From NCBI RefSeq assembly GCF_964355755.1, contig NC_092675.1, forward strand, positions 4,583,812 to 4,647,811: 64,000 nt of DNA, in the 5' to 3' direction. The notes under the pieces are model-generated. The model searched no databases and was not told the DNA's origin. It saw nothing but the letters and a program-made list of their open reading frames with translations. The translations under genes were made by a program, and so were the position numbers. The stretch comes from Antedon mediterranea. Taxonomy: Eukaryota; Animalia; Echinodermata. This document shows positions 23,009 to 37,290 of this stretch, in pieces. The first letter of the stretch is position 1; each line of letters begins with the position of its first letter.

Positions 23009-24702
23009 CAAAGCGCCAATATTTATACTTGATATGCGCATCCATGTACTGAAAACGAAAAAAAGCTAATGCTTTACACGCAATCTGATGTGATTAAGTT
23101 GAAAGAGAATCAATTAAGAACATAGAGAGCCTTCTTATATGTGTTACATAATAATGAACTACAAAGAAAAGTAAGCGCTACCAGATCACAAAGAATTCCA
23201 TGAATATGATTTGTCTTGTTATTCAAATTGGAAGTGAGCCCTCTATTTATATATATATATATATAAACTTTATTTAGACACGAGACTTTTCAGACTTTTA
23301 AGTTACCATTCTGAATAGAGTTTATGTAACATTGTATAATTAAACATTTTACCATTTGTGTTAATAGCATGGTAATACATATTAGTTATAAAACCTAAAT
23401 TGACTATTTAAAAAAAAGTTATTATTGGATAGAAATATTGAAAAAATTGAATTCACAAAATACGTTATACTTTATTCATTTGTAAGAACTAAACTACCAA
23501 AAAGTCTTATGGATAGAGACTGTTTCTGTTATATTGATACTGATTTTATCATTTTGGTTTTGCTCATATCTGATATCAAACACATTTACATTTTCTCTGC
23601 CTCGTGGTTCCTTATATGGAGTTGAATATCCATATTTTTGTTCAGGATTCAACCAATGATTAAACTCTGTATGTAAACATGTCATAAAGGACAGCCACTA
23701 CGTTCAAATAACCCTTAGGTGTACCCGAATCGTTCTGTTATTACGAACACCTGGCTATTACTAATTTTAGCGGTTTCATTTATGGTTTCTTCCATGTATG
23801 AGTAATCATGTCAGCAAAAAGCTGCACACGCTAAATTACCGGAGTCTTCTTTTATTGACATTCCCAGGAGTTTGCACTTGAGGCTATGCTCACTAATTGT
23901 CGTGGAAACATTTGTAAACTGAGTCATACTCTTATACTTCCTTTTACAAACATTTGTAAGTTGTCTACATTCGTTCACAGACAATATTACTGTGTTGTAA
24001 AAATAAATAATAATGTTGATTTAGAGAATACTTTTGGGCATTTAAAAAAGAGAACGTATGCCAGATTTAACCAAAGATCATTAATGTTCAAAGCACTTAT
24101 TTTATAAAAAATATGCCAATATAGTAATAAAACTTGTTTTGTAAATGCTAGAGTTACTCTGTTCCAACACAAGTTTTAGCATTTACTACTACCATCTGAA
24201 CATCCTATATATTTCGGAATTCCAGAAATAGGGTGACAATAGGAAATAAAGTAGAGTTTAACCTTGTGACTCAGTTGACATACAAATATTGCTGAGTGAT
24301 AAAAACCAACAACTTAGAAAAGAATCATTCAAATTACAAGGCCCTATTTCGATTAAATCAAGTCAAACTATTTTAAATGAAATAGGTTGGTGGAATAAAC
24401 AGCAGACAATAGAAAGTGTGTCTAACCTTGTGCTGAGTTTTCTACAAAATGCGTCTGTATTGTTAAGTGACAGAATTATAGCTGTCAAAGTCTTGTGCTC
24501 ATTGATGTTACAAATTTGAGGCACTAAATCAAACTATAATTTGCAACTGAATTTTGTTTTGTAATATAAAAAATGAACATGTTTCAGACTCAAACAATTT
24601 TACTATTAAATCTATTGAATTGACTGATTTGACTTTAAATATGTTTACAGAGATCTTTTCAACATTATAGCATACAGGCTACGAGTGCTTATTGGCTAAA
24701 CC

Positions 24703-24818
24703 CAGGGTCCCCAGAGCTTTAGCGACCCAGAGCATGAGCAGCCCAAACTACCCGCCATTGGAGGGCTCCTTTGGAGTACTAAACGAGGGGCCTTTGTCCA
24801 TTGCATTACTCATCACTG
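24703..24818 (+). mobile_element. Short hAT-like MITE, degenerate copy
   Basis: Shares CAGGGTCCCCAGAGCTT...CCCAGAGCATGAGCAGCCCAA with 31085-31225. Confidence 0.6.
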
Positions 24819-26717
24819 CTTTTTAAAATCCTATAGGCTTGCTGCAATAAAATAGTTGCTGCAGAATATATTTTGTCTGACAGACTGGTATGTTTGTGTG
24901 GGCAATCACGTTCTATTGAACAATTTACCAAAGAATTCATTGAGGGATGAATGATCAGTTTTAAGCCAACATACGTGAAAGTCCAAACTTTCCCATTGTT
25001 AATCTTAATTGCTAAATGCCATCCAACATTTTACATCATTTTAAAATATCACTATTACGAGGTATTCAATAGTAAAATCTAGATCCATGATTATGCAATT
25101 TGTGCAATGAGTCTGTAAAGAAATGTTACCAGGCTCTAGATATGTGTTTGTTTCCAAATTCAGATAAGGACATTGGCTAATAAAATAGTCATTTATAGTG
25201 ATGAGCTACTGGAAAATCCTAAATTAAAATTATCCTAGGCTTAATTGGCTGTAACTCTGCTGAATTTTGATAATAGACTGGGATTAGCGGGTCACATCAA
25301 CAATAATTAAATGGTGCAGGATTAACACACACCTACTCAACTGTGTTTTCAGATAAAATGCTCTCCACTTTGTGTGTTGAAAATAGCAGGACACTTGTAT
25401 TACTGCCTTATTAGCTTTGTCAGTTTGTCACATGGACACAGTCACACACACAGACATGTTTATTGATGGAAATTTGTAAGACCTATATACTGTATTTGTA
25501 TTTTAATGTTAGGATATTTTGAAGCACAAATGCTTTTAATTTTGTTTTGAAAATGAAAATGTATTTTTGTTGACAATTTATGAGTCTAATTTCATTGAAA
25601 AATACTGCATATCAGTTCCCAATTTCCTTCACTGTCAATTTGAATAAAATCTGGTATCACTCTACATGTACCAAAACATTTTAAAATACCTATATATACA
25701 AATTACAGATGAAAATCGTTGTATTAAACATTTATTTGATTTCATTTAAATTTAATTCTATTTTATGATGAACTATGTTTTTATAAAAAAGTTTGGTACA
25801 AATTACATGCTACAAACTAATTAATAACAAAAAATTCTTGCCATATAATAAAAAATTTTCAATTATCAAGTCAAAATAGCACCCTCTATAGCATGGAGGT
25901 ATATCTCCATGAGTATGTATGCATGCCATTTGGCAGGACTCTCCATTATGATTTGCAGTGGTTTATTATACAATCAACATTTTATATATATTTATTTATC
26001 TGGCATAATTATAAAGAATTTTACTGTATTTTTAAGAATTGTTAAAATATACTTGAATTATAGTGTATCTGTTGGTATATTAAATATATTTATTTATATT
26101 TATTGAGACTTGGAAGTATGTGGAGAAATTAAGTTGGCAAACGAATGAGTTCAAGTAAATTATTTTTTCGGCTTTGTTGAAAGGCGGTAGAGATTGATGA
26201 CTACTCGGTGTGTCAGAAAGGAAGATAAAAAGTAATTGCAACCAGGCGGCTATTGTAATGCGGTAATGAGAACTTTATTGTGTGAACTGAGTAACGATTT
26301 ATGACCTAAAGTTAATGTTTAAATTGGTTTCTTAACCACAAACTATCAAAAATGAATTGCTTTTTGCTTTGCATGGATTTTAGGAATGAAGTGTGATGTT
26401 GAGTTGCGACTGCGTAATACAAATCTCTAAAAATAGCACTTTATATAGCACACAGTAGTTTGTATTTTAAACTTCATTGCATATCAATTCAAGTCCGAGT
26501 TTATTGCTTCACACAGTACAATATACAGAACATTTGATAAATTAATAAATATAATTGCGTGAGGACGCATTAAGCCAAGACTTTAAGTTTGGTCCTCTGG
26601 AAGAAGCATATAATTTTATAAAAAATAAGTATGATGAAAAAGTTTTTGAAAACAATGGAGTTTGCAGCATGTTAATAATAATTTTATTTTCAACAGGGCT
26701 TAAGCATGGAGTGCTTT

Positions 26718-27025
26718 GATTTAATCCAGTAGATTCAATCCTGTTGATTCAATCCTGTTGATTCAATCCTGTAGGTTCAATCCTGTTGATTCAATCCTGC
26801 AGATTGAATCATGCTGCTTCAATCCTGTTGATTTAATCCTGTACATTTAATCCTGTGTATTCAATCCTGTAGATTCAATCATGCTGATTCAATCTGGTTG
26901 ATTAAATCCTGTTGATTCAATTCTGTTGATTCAATCCTGTTGATTCAATCCTGTAGATTCAATCCCGTAGATTCAATCCTGTAGGTTCAATCATGTTGAT
27001 TCAATCCTTTTGATTCAATCCTTTT
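26718..27025. repeat. Minisatellite, 14-bp unit TTCAATCCTGTTGA, ~22 copies
   Basis: Directly visible degenerate tandem array. Confidence 0.95.
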
Positions 27026-28044
27026 GGTTACCAAAGTGAACAAGTAAATAAAATAAAACTAAATTCTATATTTTGTGCTCATTTGTGTTCCACAAATGTT
27101 TTATTTAATCGTAAAATATTATGAATTGTTTTTGGTGTCATTAAATTTTCAATTCTGACACTACTACTACCATCATGTAAGTCAAATATTTTATATGCCA
27201 AAAATGATGTATTCAGTTCATTATTATGTGACCTGTATATAGATGTCAACTCAGGAGAGGTCGCTGCAGGCGGTTGACATGTGACATCAGTTAATGTCAT
27301 CTTGAAACCTTTCTTCACTCTGAAAATTTTAATTACGTTCCTTTCCAAGTTGAACTGCTGTAATGACAGCTATCTGGTCTGGTTGCTTGACAACCTTCGG
27401 TTTCTAATTAAACGGTGATGATGCAGTAGCGAAGCCGAAAAAAAAAATTCTTGTTAAATTCAAATTCAATTTTCTACACAGGTCAGCCTTGGCACACACA
27501 AATATCCATAAAGTTTTAAGACCTGTATTTTTATTAGTATTAATAAAAACTGTAGAAGGCATTGTCAATAAGATATACATTTTCTCTGTATTTATAATAT
27601 TGATTTATAATCCTTATTTGATTTCTATTTTACTTAAATTAAATATAAACCATAAATAATTAACCCATAGAAGTTGTTTTAAGCAGGGTCCATTTAATAT
27701 CTGGAAATGTCAATAAAAGAATTTTGTAGGATTTTAAAAATAAAGTTACAGATTTAAAAACATAGATTAAATACAAAAAAGAAATAATATATTAAATATT
27801 CATCATATAAGCTATTATAATGTACAAATCCTGATAATATCTTTTCCCCATTTTGATATAAGAATCTAATGTTGCAAGGATTAAAATATAAGAAAGATGC
27901 ATAATGGTTGGTTCAGGTCCTACATATCAGCATTCTGAAGACTTTGTTTAGAATGTCTTGAGTGCTACCTATATGAAGCACTCATTTGAATATTAATACA
28001 GAAATAAGAATGAATGTCTATGTTTATCTTTTTTTTGTTCACAG

Positions 28045-28185
28045 AGAAGTATGCCTCAAACTCCATCTTTTGCTAATATTTTCAAAGCTGTAGAAGGAGA
28101 GAGTACAACACCGACATTGTGCAATGGACATACAACCTCCGAGACATCTTCCACGCAAGAGTCAGAAGAAGTCGAGAAAGACAAA
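28045..28185 (+). CDS. RASGEF1: RASGEF1 exon with the conserved start (ATG 28051): (RS)MPQTPSFANIFKAVEGESTTPTLCNGHTTSETSSTQESEEVEKDK
   Basis: Long polypyrimidine tract + cacag acceptor, AAA|gtaagt donor; MPQTP.F...F matches the vertebrate RASGEF1B N-terminus (MPQTPPFSAMF, from memory). Confidence 0.9.
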
Positions 28186-29160
28186 GTAAGTCATTAATAG
28201 TTTTTGTGTTAACTTCGGTACGAGAAATTTTAGTTTTATATACAAAGTGATTGTGTCAGTTGGTATAACAATATTTACAACTTAAACCTATCATCAAAAG
28301 TTCTAGCTGACGCCCATAGTGTCGATAACAAAATCTGAGAATATTGAGAAACGTGCGTATCATGCATTTGTTGGTGATTAAGCTTGGTAATCTTCAGCAT
28401 GTGAATTGCTATAGATGGCGCATAATGTCATGGATCCATGCTCAACACACACAAACACAGGCACTGAGTAATGCGATCGTTTCAATGAAATATTCTTTGT
28501 ATAGATATTTTCTTGTGTGATTGATCCACTGACTAACACTTTTTATGATTCTGAAACACGTATAATCTATGTTAGTAGCTAATTATATGGTTGATGGAGA
28601 CGTTTAAAGTCTGATGGCGCTGCTACGGGACAGATGGATTTCTGACCACAGTATCCTAGAAATAAATTGATCATTTAGATGAAATATATCAATAAGGTTA
28701 CATTACTTTGAAAATCTAACACTAGACAAATCGTTGAATAGTATTACTGAAATCCATGCTAAGTCGTCTTTGCTTTTATTAGATTAGAAATCTTCGACCC
28801 TGAATGGAAAATTTACATTAGTGTAAATTATCTTAGATATCAGGAATTTGGCATTGATGATAGCACAGATGATGGATCTAGTCTCTCTACACATCCTTTC
28901 ATTTCATGTTGATATTGTAAAACACGCAGCCGAATAATATTGTATTTATATCATGTGACATGGTGTGATAGTGTATTTCATATCATTAAGTTGTAGGGAG
29001 AGACATTTCATCTTTAATGTTGCTGTTGTGTGATGCATCGTATTAATCCACACTTGCATTGTTTATTCTTTAATCTAACATTCCATTTTGTCTTTTAAAA
29101 ATGAATTTTCATTTTTTTTTAAAGCTGATTGAGTTTTATTAGGTCAAATAAACAAATGTT

Positions 29161-29382
29161 ATTAGAGAACCATTGATTGATTCATTAAGAGTATGTTTTG
29201 CCAAAACAGAAGAGTTTTATTAAGCTTTATTGTCACGCATTAATGATAAAGTTGTTTTTTATATATTTTTTTATTTAGAGGACCATTGAATGATTTTCAT
29301 TAACATTTTGTCTCTGCCAAAACAGAAAACCTCTGTTAGTATTAAACTTTATTGTCAAGCGTTAATGACAAAGTTGTTTTTT
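29161..29382. repeat. Degenerate tandem duplication, ~115-bp period
   Basis: TTAGAG.ACCATTGA...GCCAAAACAGAA...TTTATTGTCA.GC.TTAATGA.AAAGTTGTTTTT occurs twice. Confidence 0.8.
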
Positions 29383-29726
29383 ATTTGTAATGAATGACAT
29401 TGCCAATCAAATTTTCAAGTTCAGTGTTGACTTTTAATAGTGATTAGTAGTAACTAATAAATAGCGTTTTCTGTCAAAAGATATTTATTGTGCAATGTTT
29501 GTTAATCAAGGTTACGTTTGATATTTGTCTGCAAAAGCAATGACCTTAACGCAAATTTGTACTATAAGAATTGTTCAGTGTTTAATTATGAATATTTACT
29601 AAGAACCCTGGATAGATTGTCCTTGTTGATGTCAAAAAATATTAAAATGACAAAATAAACTGAAGGAGATATTGCGATGTAATTTAGTATAGCGCCTGCT
29701 TATGCTGCTGGGTGAAGGAGCTATCA

Positions 29727-29835
29727 ATATATGGTAGTGATATGCCCAAATATGGTAGTGGTATGAAAACATCATGTCCATATATGGGCACATCACATTT
29801 GTTGTCACATAAAGTTTGATAGTGTAGACAGAGCT
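29727..29835 (-). mobile_element. Partial MITE, same family as 60082-60238
   Basis: Reverse-complement match including the TIR AGTTTGATAGTGTAGACAGAGCT. Confidence 0.8.
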
Positions 29836-31084
29836 TAAGGAACAATAATTGTAAAGCTATAGGGTCCCTGTGTACACAAAATACAGTATGAATCAACCTC
29901 ATAGTGGATTGTTTTATGATGTGCTAATTATGGGAGGCTGTCTGGGTCGGAAAGAGCCTAAACATGTACCATCATCAGCATCATCTTGTTTGTGGATACC
30001 GATGGATACACAGATACATTTAAACAAATTTCACATCTCTTGTATGCGTTTAAGGAAAATATATTTGTATCCGATCTTGAATGAAGCATAGTATATACAG
30101 TAAAAAACTGGACAATTTCGAATATCATGTACTATTAGCTATGTTTAACTTAACGTTTTTAGTATTTTAGTTTAGAACATACCAGTGGCACCTGCTTAAA
30201 TCCTATCATCACAATGCATTCCTTTTACCTTACTTTAACTCAAGGCTTTTAATAGTAAAGGAACCATTTGCTTAAAGTGTTTGTCTTAAATGACTTTAAG
30301 TGCATCTTAAAAAAGATTATAATGTCTCCAGTACCAGCAGGAAACGCACATCAAATACTTTATAGGTCTTTATCGGAAAGGAATTTGTCTGGGAGGTAAG
30401 GAAATGATCACTGCAGAATTCTGACATTAAGTGGAAACTTTAAAAAGTTAGAAACACAAGACATTGGCTTTAATACTTGTGAGGTCAAAAATATAAAACA
30501 CAATTAAAATTGCCATGCATTTCTAAAATGCATTCAATCAAGATGAAATAATAATTGAAATTTTAATTTATAATATTGCATCTACTGGTTTAATTTGAAA
30601 GTCATTAAATAAACTTGTTTTCTATAATTTACTATTCTTATACATATAATGTTTCTCTTTTTATTTCATTTACATTATACTGTTTTATTTATTTGTACTG
30701 TATTTGGAAAGCAATAAATATTACTTACTTACTTACTTATAAAATCTAAATAACCGATAAATAGATGTAATACAGTAATTCATTAAAATCCAACAAAAAA
30801 TTTCTCAAGTCAAATGCGTAATTAATGTGCCTGTATTATATTGGTTAATCAAGAGTTTTAAAGTACATAAGTAGTTCATAGACCTATTATCATAGTATGA
30901 GTATGATTAGTGTAATTGTGCATTATTACGGTAACTGACAAAACTGTAATAAATAGGTCGCTGACCTATATTAAAAGTACATGTAAAGGAAAAGCCTGTT
31001 TTAAATTTATTACTACGAAAAAGGAATTTTATATGATCTTATTCAAAATAAAAAGTAGGTACTATGCTCAGTGTTGAACTTAGC

Positions 31085-31225
31085 CAGTGGCATAAGAGCT
31101 AATCGCAGGGTCCCCAGAGCTTAAGCGGCCCCAGAGCATGAGCAGCCCCAATTCAACTACCCAGGGTTGGAGGGCTTTTTAGAAATGCTAAACCAGACGC
31201 CTTTGTCCCCTGTGTTACACCACTG
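31085..31225 (+). mobile_element. Short hAT-like MITE (141 bp)
   Basis: CAGTGG...CCACTG termini, imperfect 8-bp TSD AACTTAGC/GAATTAGC, second copy at 24703. Confidence 0.65.
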
Positions 31226-31836
31226 GAATTAGCTAAGGGAGGAGAGTATATCACCACCATATTTTCTGCAGTAAAAGTAAATAGATTTTTTACTTTTTAC
31301 CGTAGATCAAATTATTTCAATATCCAAGTGTGTTTAGAATAAAGTTAGCTAATTCAACATATCAATATACTGTTCCTCTGATGTACCTGTAAATAGCCAG
31401 CAGTATGGTCAGGGAATAATTTTGCCAGTGTAGCATAGCAAAAATCTATACAAAACAACCTTTTTGCTACACATTTCTACAATTGTGTAGCAAAAAATAC
31501 AATACAAAACTATGTTTCTTGACTAAAAAATCAGTTTGATTAGCAATTTTGCTAAACAAAATTTTCAAATGAAATTTTTCCCTGATGGTTGGTAAGGTTT
31601 CAACCTGACCAGTTTTTCACAAAGGCTTTTGACAACCCAATGGCTTGAACAGAGATTGTTCCCTTTTCTTGCAAAAAACCGGACCACTTTATCACTGCAT
31701 CCATTGCAACTTTGATAGGTACATCTGTTAGTGGCGGTTTCATCGCTGTTGGTTGACAACTGAATAAAATCAAAGATAATAAAAGGAGAAGATACAACAG
31801 TTCCGTTGGTGGTGTAAACCACATCCGGGTTACTAT

Positions 31837-31905
31837 TTGCCTACGCCTGAAGGTGGCGCATTTCCTTTTCACTAGAAGAAGTGCGCCACCTTCAGGCGTG
31901 GGTAA
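31837..31905 (+). other. Strong 28-bp stem hairpin
   Basis: TTGCCTACGCCTGAAGGTGGCGCATTTC pairs with GAAGTGCGCCACCTTCAGGCGTGGGTAA; 13-nt loop. Confidence 0.85.
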
Positions 31906-33574
31906 GGTAAAACTTTTATTGTAAATATCTATAAAAATGCAAACGATGATTATTTATCAAAATGATTATCAAAATATTAATAATATCAAAATTAGTAGAG
32001 CACAGACGCGAGAACACATCAGATCATCACGATCCATCGAAACGTGGGATTAGACGGGAACCATATCTAGAGCCCGCCGTCGTTCGGCTGCTGGATTCTT
32101 ACGCGTCCATGAATAAGCGTCCGCGTTTCCTATCCTTCTATGTATAACAGCGCGTACTGTTGATTCTTTACCTATTTATATTCTTTGATAAAATAAATAA
32201 AATAAATAAAATAAATAAAATAAAATAACTTTCACTCTGATAGATTTCGGAAGGTAACATTGGATAGACCAGTGACAGAAATAAAAAAGCAATTTAACTA
32301 TATCTAAAAATACTTAAGTACAGTCCAAAGAGTTTTCCAAACCTTCACACACACCCAATAGAACAATATTATTTCGCCTAGATCTGTTTTCCAAAAATCA
32401 TCTAACCTTTTTTCTAGCTTCAGTAGTGTATTAAAACAGGTTTATAAAATGTTTAATAACCATATTTTTGTGTTTGAACACAGATTGAGTGTATTTAACT
32501 CCTGTAGAAAAATGAGCAATAGATTCCTACATCCATTATTTACTTTACTTCAATTTCACAGTATTGTTAACTTGATATGTTTGATTGATTGGTTCATTAT
32601 CAACTTCATATTCCTTACGGACTTGCAATGTATATATACTTTTAGTGGCTTCGTATAATTTCTGAAATTCTACACAGGATCGAATATTATGCAAGTGAAA
32701 ATGCACTTAACATTGAATTGTATCCTTCAAAATTAATTTAATATCCTACCAAAAAAAACCCCCAAATCAATATTATTAATTTCTTACTTTTGATTCTGTT
32801 TGGTTCGTTATTTGATTATTGATATCTGCAAATTCAAGTTTATCCCAATTTCAATTGATTCCAAGCGAAACACAAATTCTGAATTGATAATTATTTTATT
32901 AATTCATCAATAACTTTTGCTATCTGGTTCTTCTTCTAGAAAGTAGTTTTGTTGATGTCTACCACACCCTTATATTTCACAAACTATAAACAAGTTTGAG
33001 CTGTTTTTCTCAATGCATTGACATAGCTACTGTAATGTTTTCGTACAAGATTTTTTAAACTGAAAACAATGTTTTTATGTGTACTATAACCATACCCATA
33101 TGGCCATTACATTTAACAGCACAACCTTTTTTAGGCTTTATAGTACTATAATGGTATGGTGAAATTTCCCTGTCCCCTTCCAAATATTCTGTCAACACCC
33201 ATCACACCTCATTTCGTAGGTTGATACATTTCTTTTCTGTATGTTTAATTTTTTCCCTCTTCATTATGAATTCATCTATGCATACTCCTGTATCTCTCTA
33301 GGGTTCTTCGGAAGAGTGTTCTACTTCGCTGATGGCAACCAAGTAATTTATGACATTAAATTTTATAGAATCTTCATTTATGTGTATTTTAGAAAGCATG
33401 ATTGTATTATAAATATTAATATACTGTATGCATAATGTACAGCATTTAGGATACTCAAATTGATATAAGACTTCGTTGAAATAAATGCATTAAACATTTA
33501 TATGATCTAAAATATGGGTGTCCCTTGAATAGTAGAGTTCCAAAGAGGTGTACTGTATACTGCATAAATTGCAT

Positions 33575-33860
33575 ATTTTATTTTTTGTTATTCAGTATAT
33601 TACACAAGGCGCCTGACAAGGTGGAACCACCTTAGCTTCAAGGCGCCTCAGATTAACATACAACAAAAAACTAAATGTCAATCAAATCTTTCAGAATTAA
33701 CAAGAAATTGTTGTACATAATAAAACAATAAAGCATTTTCACAATTCGAAAGAAGATCGGAACCAAAAATAAAAATTTCACTTAAATATACTTCATACTC
33801 TTTTCACATTTTCTAATAACCTATTGGTTTTTTTCCACATTACGAAAAAGAGATTTTGTT
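33575..33860 (-). mobile_element. 5'-truncated CR1-like LINE 3' end
   Basis: Minus strand reads SEIFIFGSDLLSNCENALLFYYVQQFLVNSERFD*, a typical ORF2 C-terminus, followed by a GC-rich stem-loop and an A-rich end. Confidence 0.7.
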
Positions 33861-36366
33861 GTTTATAAGCTCATAGTAACTTGCTTACAAGTTGATCATC
33901 AGAAATTGTTTAATAAAACATGTAATAAGTGTCTGATTGTTGGTCATTTTGGACCTATCATATTTATCACTGGCCAATTGTAACCATCAACAATATCCAA
34001 AGGTTATTCTTGTGGCCCTGATCTTCTTCAGTTTTCAGTAATTATATTATCAATATTATTAATTGTCAATAATTAACTTTTATTTAATGGTAGGCATACC
34101 AAGGTTCATTTAAACAAATAGAATAGCAATAGTTTGGGACTAGTTTCAGATGCATAAAACAAAGGTCAAGTATGTTGTTGAATAAATTGCTATAAAGACC
34201 ATAATTGTTAAAACATTCATGCCTTTTTACTGTAATTGTTTGACCATTGATGTCCAATTTACTTCATGATGCTGACCACACACTGATATACCAGGTGTTT
34301 TGAAAAGTAGAATGAGTTCTGTTAATTTTATTTTAACTAAATTCTAATCTATGGCAATTAAAATATATTCAGCATTTTATGAACAGAACATAAAAGCCAA
34401 ACCAATGATGTAACAATGTATCAAGAATATTAAAACATCAAATCAAATTTTAAAGTTTTCTTTTATTTCTTACAAATACAAATGCAAATTTCTGTTCATT
34501 GTGGGTTTTAAGAAAACTATCCTTTTAGAATTATTTAGGCCTATAGTTATCTTTCAAAGAATATGTATGTAAAGCTGATTCAAAGATATCAACTTTTTAA
34601 AATGTTAGCCAGGAACTATTTTATTACTTTGAAGAATTAGTATCAGGTGGTGGTGAACAATTTGCATTTGTAGGTATTTGGATATCTTGCATGCTGTGAA
34701 GTATGAAGGTACTATACTATTTTGATTCCTCCATGCTGTGTGAAGAAACACAACTTATAGCGTTTTATGCAACTTAGCATCAAACAGGCTTCTAACTTCA
34801 ATTTTGGAAGGAGTAGAACAAGATTCACGCTGGTAATACAAATGAATGCAATTTATATAATCCCTATAGGATTTCTTCCAGGGATCGTAGTCGATGTACC
34901 TCGATTAATGGAAAACGCTTTAGGTATTCTGAAAGTGCAGTTTATTACTGGATAATTTGTAAGACACATATATACCCGGTAGTTACACGCTGTGAATACG
35001 AACTATACTATTACTAATTTATTTACATCCTTTGAGAGTTTAGTTGATGAGTAGGATAGTTATTAGATTCACACAGGTGGAGGTAAATTATAAACATATG
35101 TTTCATATAAATTACATCTTTTGGCTTAATACCAAAAGTGAATTGTTCAGTGCAAATTGATAGTAATAGTATGATAATATAAAGATGAAAATTAGACAAT
35201 TGTAATACCGTATCTTTATATTTCCGGGAAAAAAACATAAAAAATTAAATATATCTGGTTTGAACATGCTTATTGATTCCTACAATAAGTGTCGATCATC
35301 TTTGATTTTTAATTTCATTTCAATTTTGCAAGCATTCTTTCACTTTTTGCAAAGATTGGTGAATTTTAAGCGTTTGTGACAGCACTACACAGCAATATTA
35401 TCTTTATCAATTTTAATTAATTTAAATATGTATAAGAGTTGAATATGAAGAAAATTTTCTTGAGTTGTTCTAATCAACTATGACAATGATGTACAGGTGT
35501 ATTAGCGTCAGTATCATAGGTTATGTCATCCACCTCATAAAGCATTTAGCCTTTTCCGCTAGTTAAAAGTTACCAGATATCGTCCTTTCTTCTAGGTGTG
35601 TTACAGTATACTGTATACCTAATGCATGAAGTTGCATAAAATGCTATAAGTTGTGTTTCTACACACAGCATGGAGCAATAAAAATTGTATAGTACCTCCA
35701 TATTTTAAAGCATGCCAATACCTTACTCTTAATTTGCAAATAGAAAAGTATGATACATTACAAACAATACATAAAACCAACCGAGAAAATGGCATCATGT
35801 AGCAAGACAAGAGGTATAACTGATGATGTGTGAATGTCCATATTATATAGCTTTGAACAGATCACCTATGAAATTATCAATACTTTGCAAATGATCTGGG
35901 TTTATAGCAATGCTGTCAGTGACAGATATAAATGTCCGGCGTCCTTTAGTCTGAAGTTGATAAATCATGGATTATATGATTTGTCACAAATATAATTTTT
36001 TTCTTGATGAATTATTTCCACTATACTTAAATAGTAAGAATTTTTATTTGGTAATGAGTTATTACCAACCGTAAAGTAAATTGATTTATGATTGTTGTTG
36101 ATGAATGTTCTCAAAAATTTTGTTTGTTTTGAAGTTGATAAAAATGTAATGGTGAAATGCTAAAAATCTTGTGATTAAAGAAAGTGATAGTAAAATAAAA
36201 ATTAAAATTCTGGCTTACACCTTTTACATACATTTATCTATGGGGTTAGTGGGTTATTCTTGCATTAGGGCCTATTTAATATCTATAGGCCCATCGATAT
36301 ATATTCTGATTTCATCACATTTTCCAATAGAAATAATGTATAACTATAAGATATGTTCAACACTGA

Positions 36367-37057
36367 GGGCCTGTTCGTAGGGGTTGAAAATACCAGCTTA
36401 TTCCCGATTTCCGTTCGCGTGATCCAATTAACTTTTGCCTCAGGCTACAAAAAATTCGAGGCAAAATGTTCACCAAATTTGCAGGTTATTTCAGCGATAA
36501 TCCAATTATACTCGGCCTTCGAGGATAATAAATCTCCGATAGAGGCAATGTGTCAAATTTTGACAAACGTTCGCTGCCTAGGCCTGTCATTTCTCCTACG
36601 AAGCTCTTCCATACACGCTTCGAGAGCGATCGTCAGCTGGTGCTGTCCTTGTTGGTGTAGACCGCTTAGTAGGCCTAGCTGGTCGGTGGTGTTTCCGTCG
36701 TGTAACATTGGGCTCAAATTCTTTGTCAATGAGTAAAATAATGGTCGTCAGGAGAAGGCATATTTTGGCAGGATTATCGGCGTTAAGAGGCATAAGGTTT
36801 GTCGCAAGGATAAGCAGTGTAAAAGGTAGCAAGTAATTGTTATTGTAAAGAAAGATCGCGAGTAAAAAATATACAACACGAAACTAGCGTGCGAAAATGG
36901 GGTCGTAGGTTGTAAAGACAACTGACCTTAAAACGTAATTTCCGGTTTGTGATTCGTCGATTAAGCATTTAAGCGGTTAAATATTTCAAGTACAAACAAC
37001 GCTCAATTTATAACCCGAGGCATGGGTGAAATTAAGCGCTTATTTACGAACACGACC
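36367..37057. mobile_element. CpG-rich putative non-autonomous DNA transposon
   Basis: Imperfect TIR GGGCCTGTTCGTA / TACGAACACGACC; abrupt CpG enrichment; no clear TSD. Confidence 0.5.
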
Positions 37058-37290
37058 TTGGATTATATCTTTACTCCATGATTACCGTATATGATTTGTT
37101 TAAATTCTTCTTCACACTGACCACTAAATTATTATTAGCTGCTAATGTATGGATGATTGATTAAGGTGTGAAGATCACCACTAAATAAATAAATCTGGTT
37201 ATGATTTATCTATTCCGAAAATTCCGTAGATCCTAGTCAGGTTTTTCTTGTGAACTTTCACCTGTTTGTACCTCCTAAATTTTTGTTTAA

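Noticed and set aside
23886-23955. ORF MLTNCRG... reaching a gtaagt donor
   Set aside because: Phase 1, out of frame with 28045; could at most be a non-coding 5' exon with a uORF.
26718-27025. CRISPR-like periodicity (also 12950-13680 and 57820-57886)
   Set aside because: Head-to-tail repeats without unique spacers; eukaryotic context and no cas genes.
30322-30395. ATG ORF MSPVPAGNAHQILYRSLSERNLSG ending at a strong AG|gtaagg donor
   Set aside because: Phase 2, so it frameshifts on the 62841 exon. It shows that some ATG-to-donor segments arise by chance or need an unseen exon.
36171-36832. Overlapping ORFs up to 127 aa
   Set aside because: Explained by higher GC in a TE-like block; no recognisable domain.
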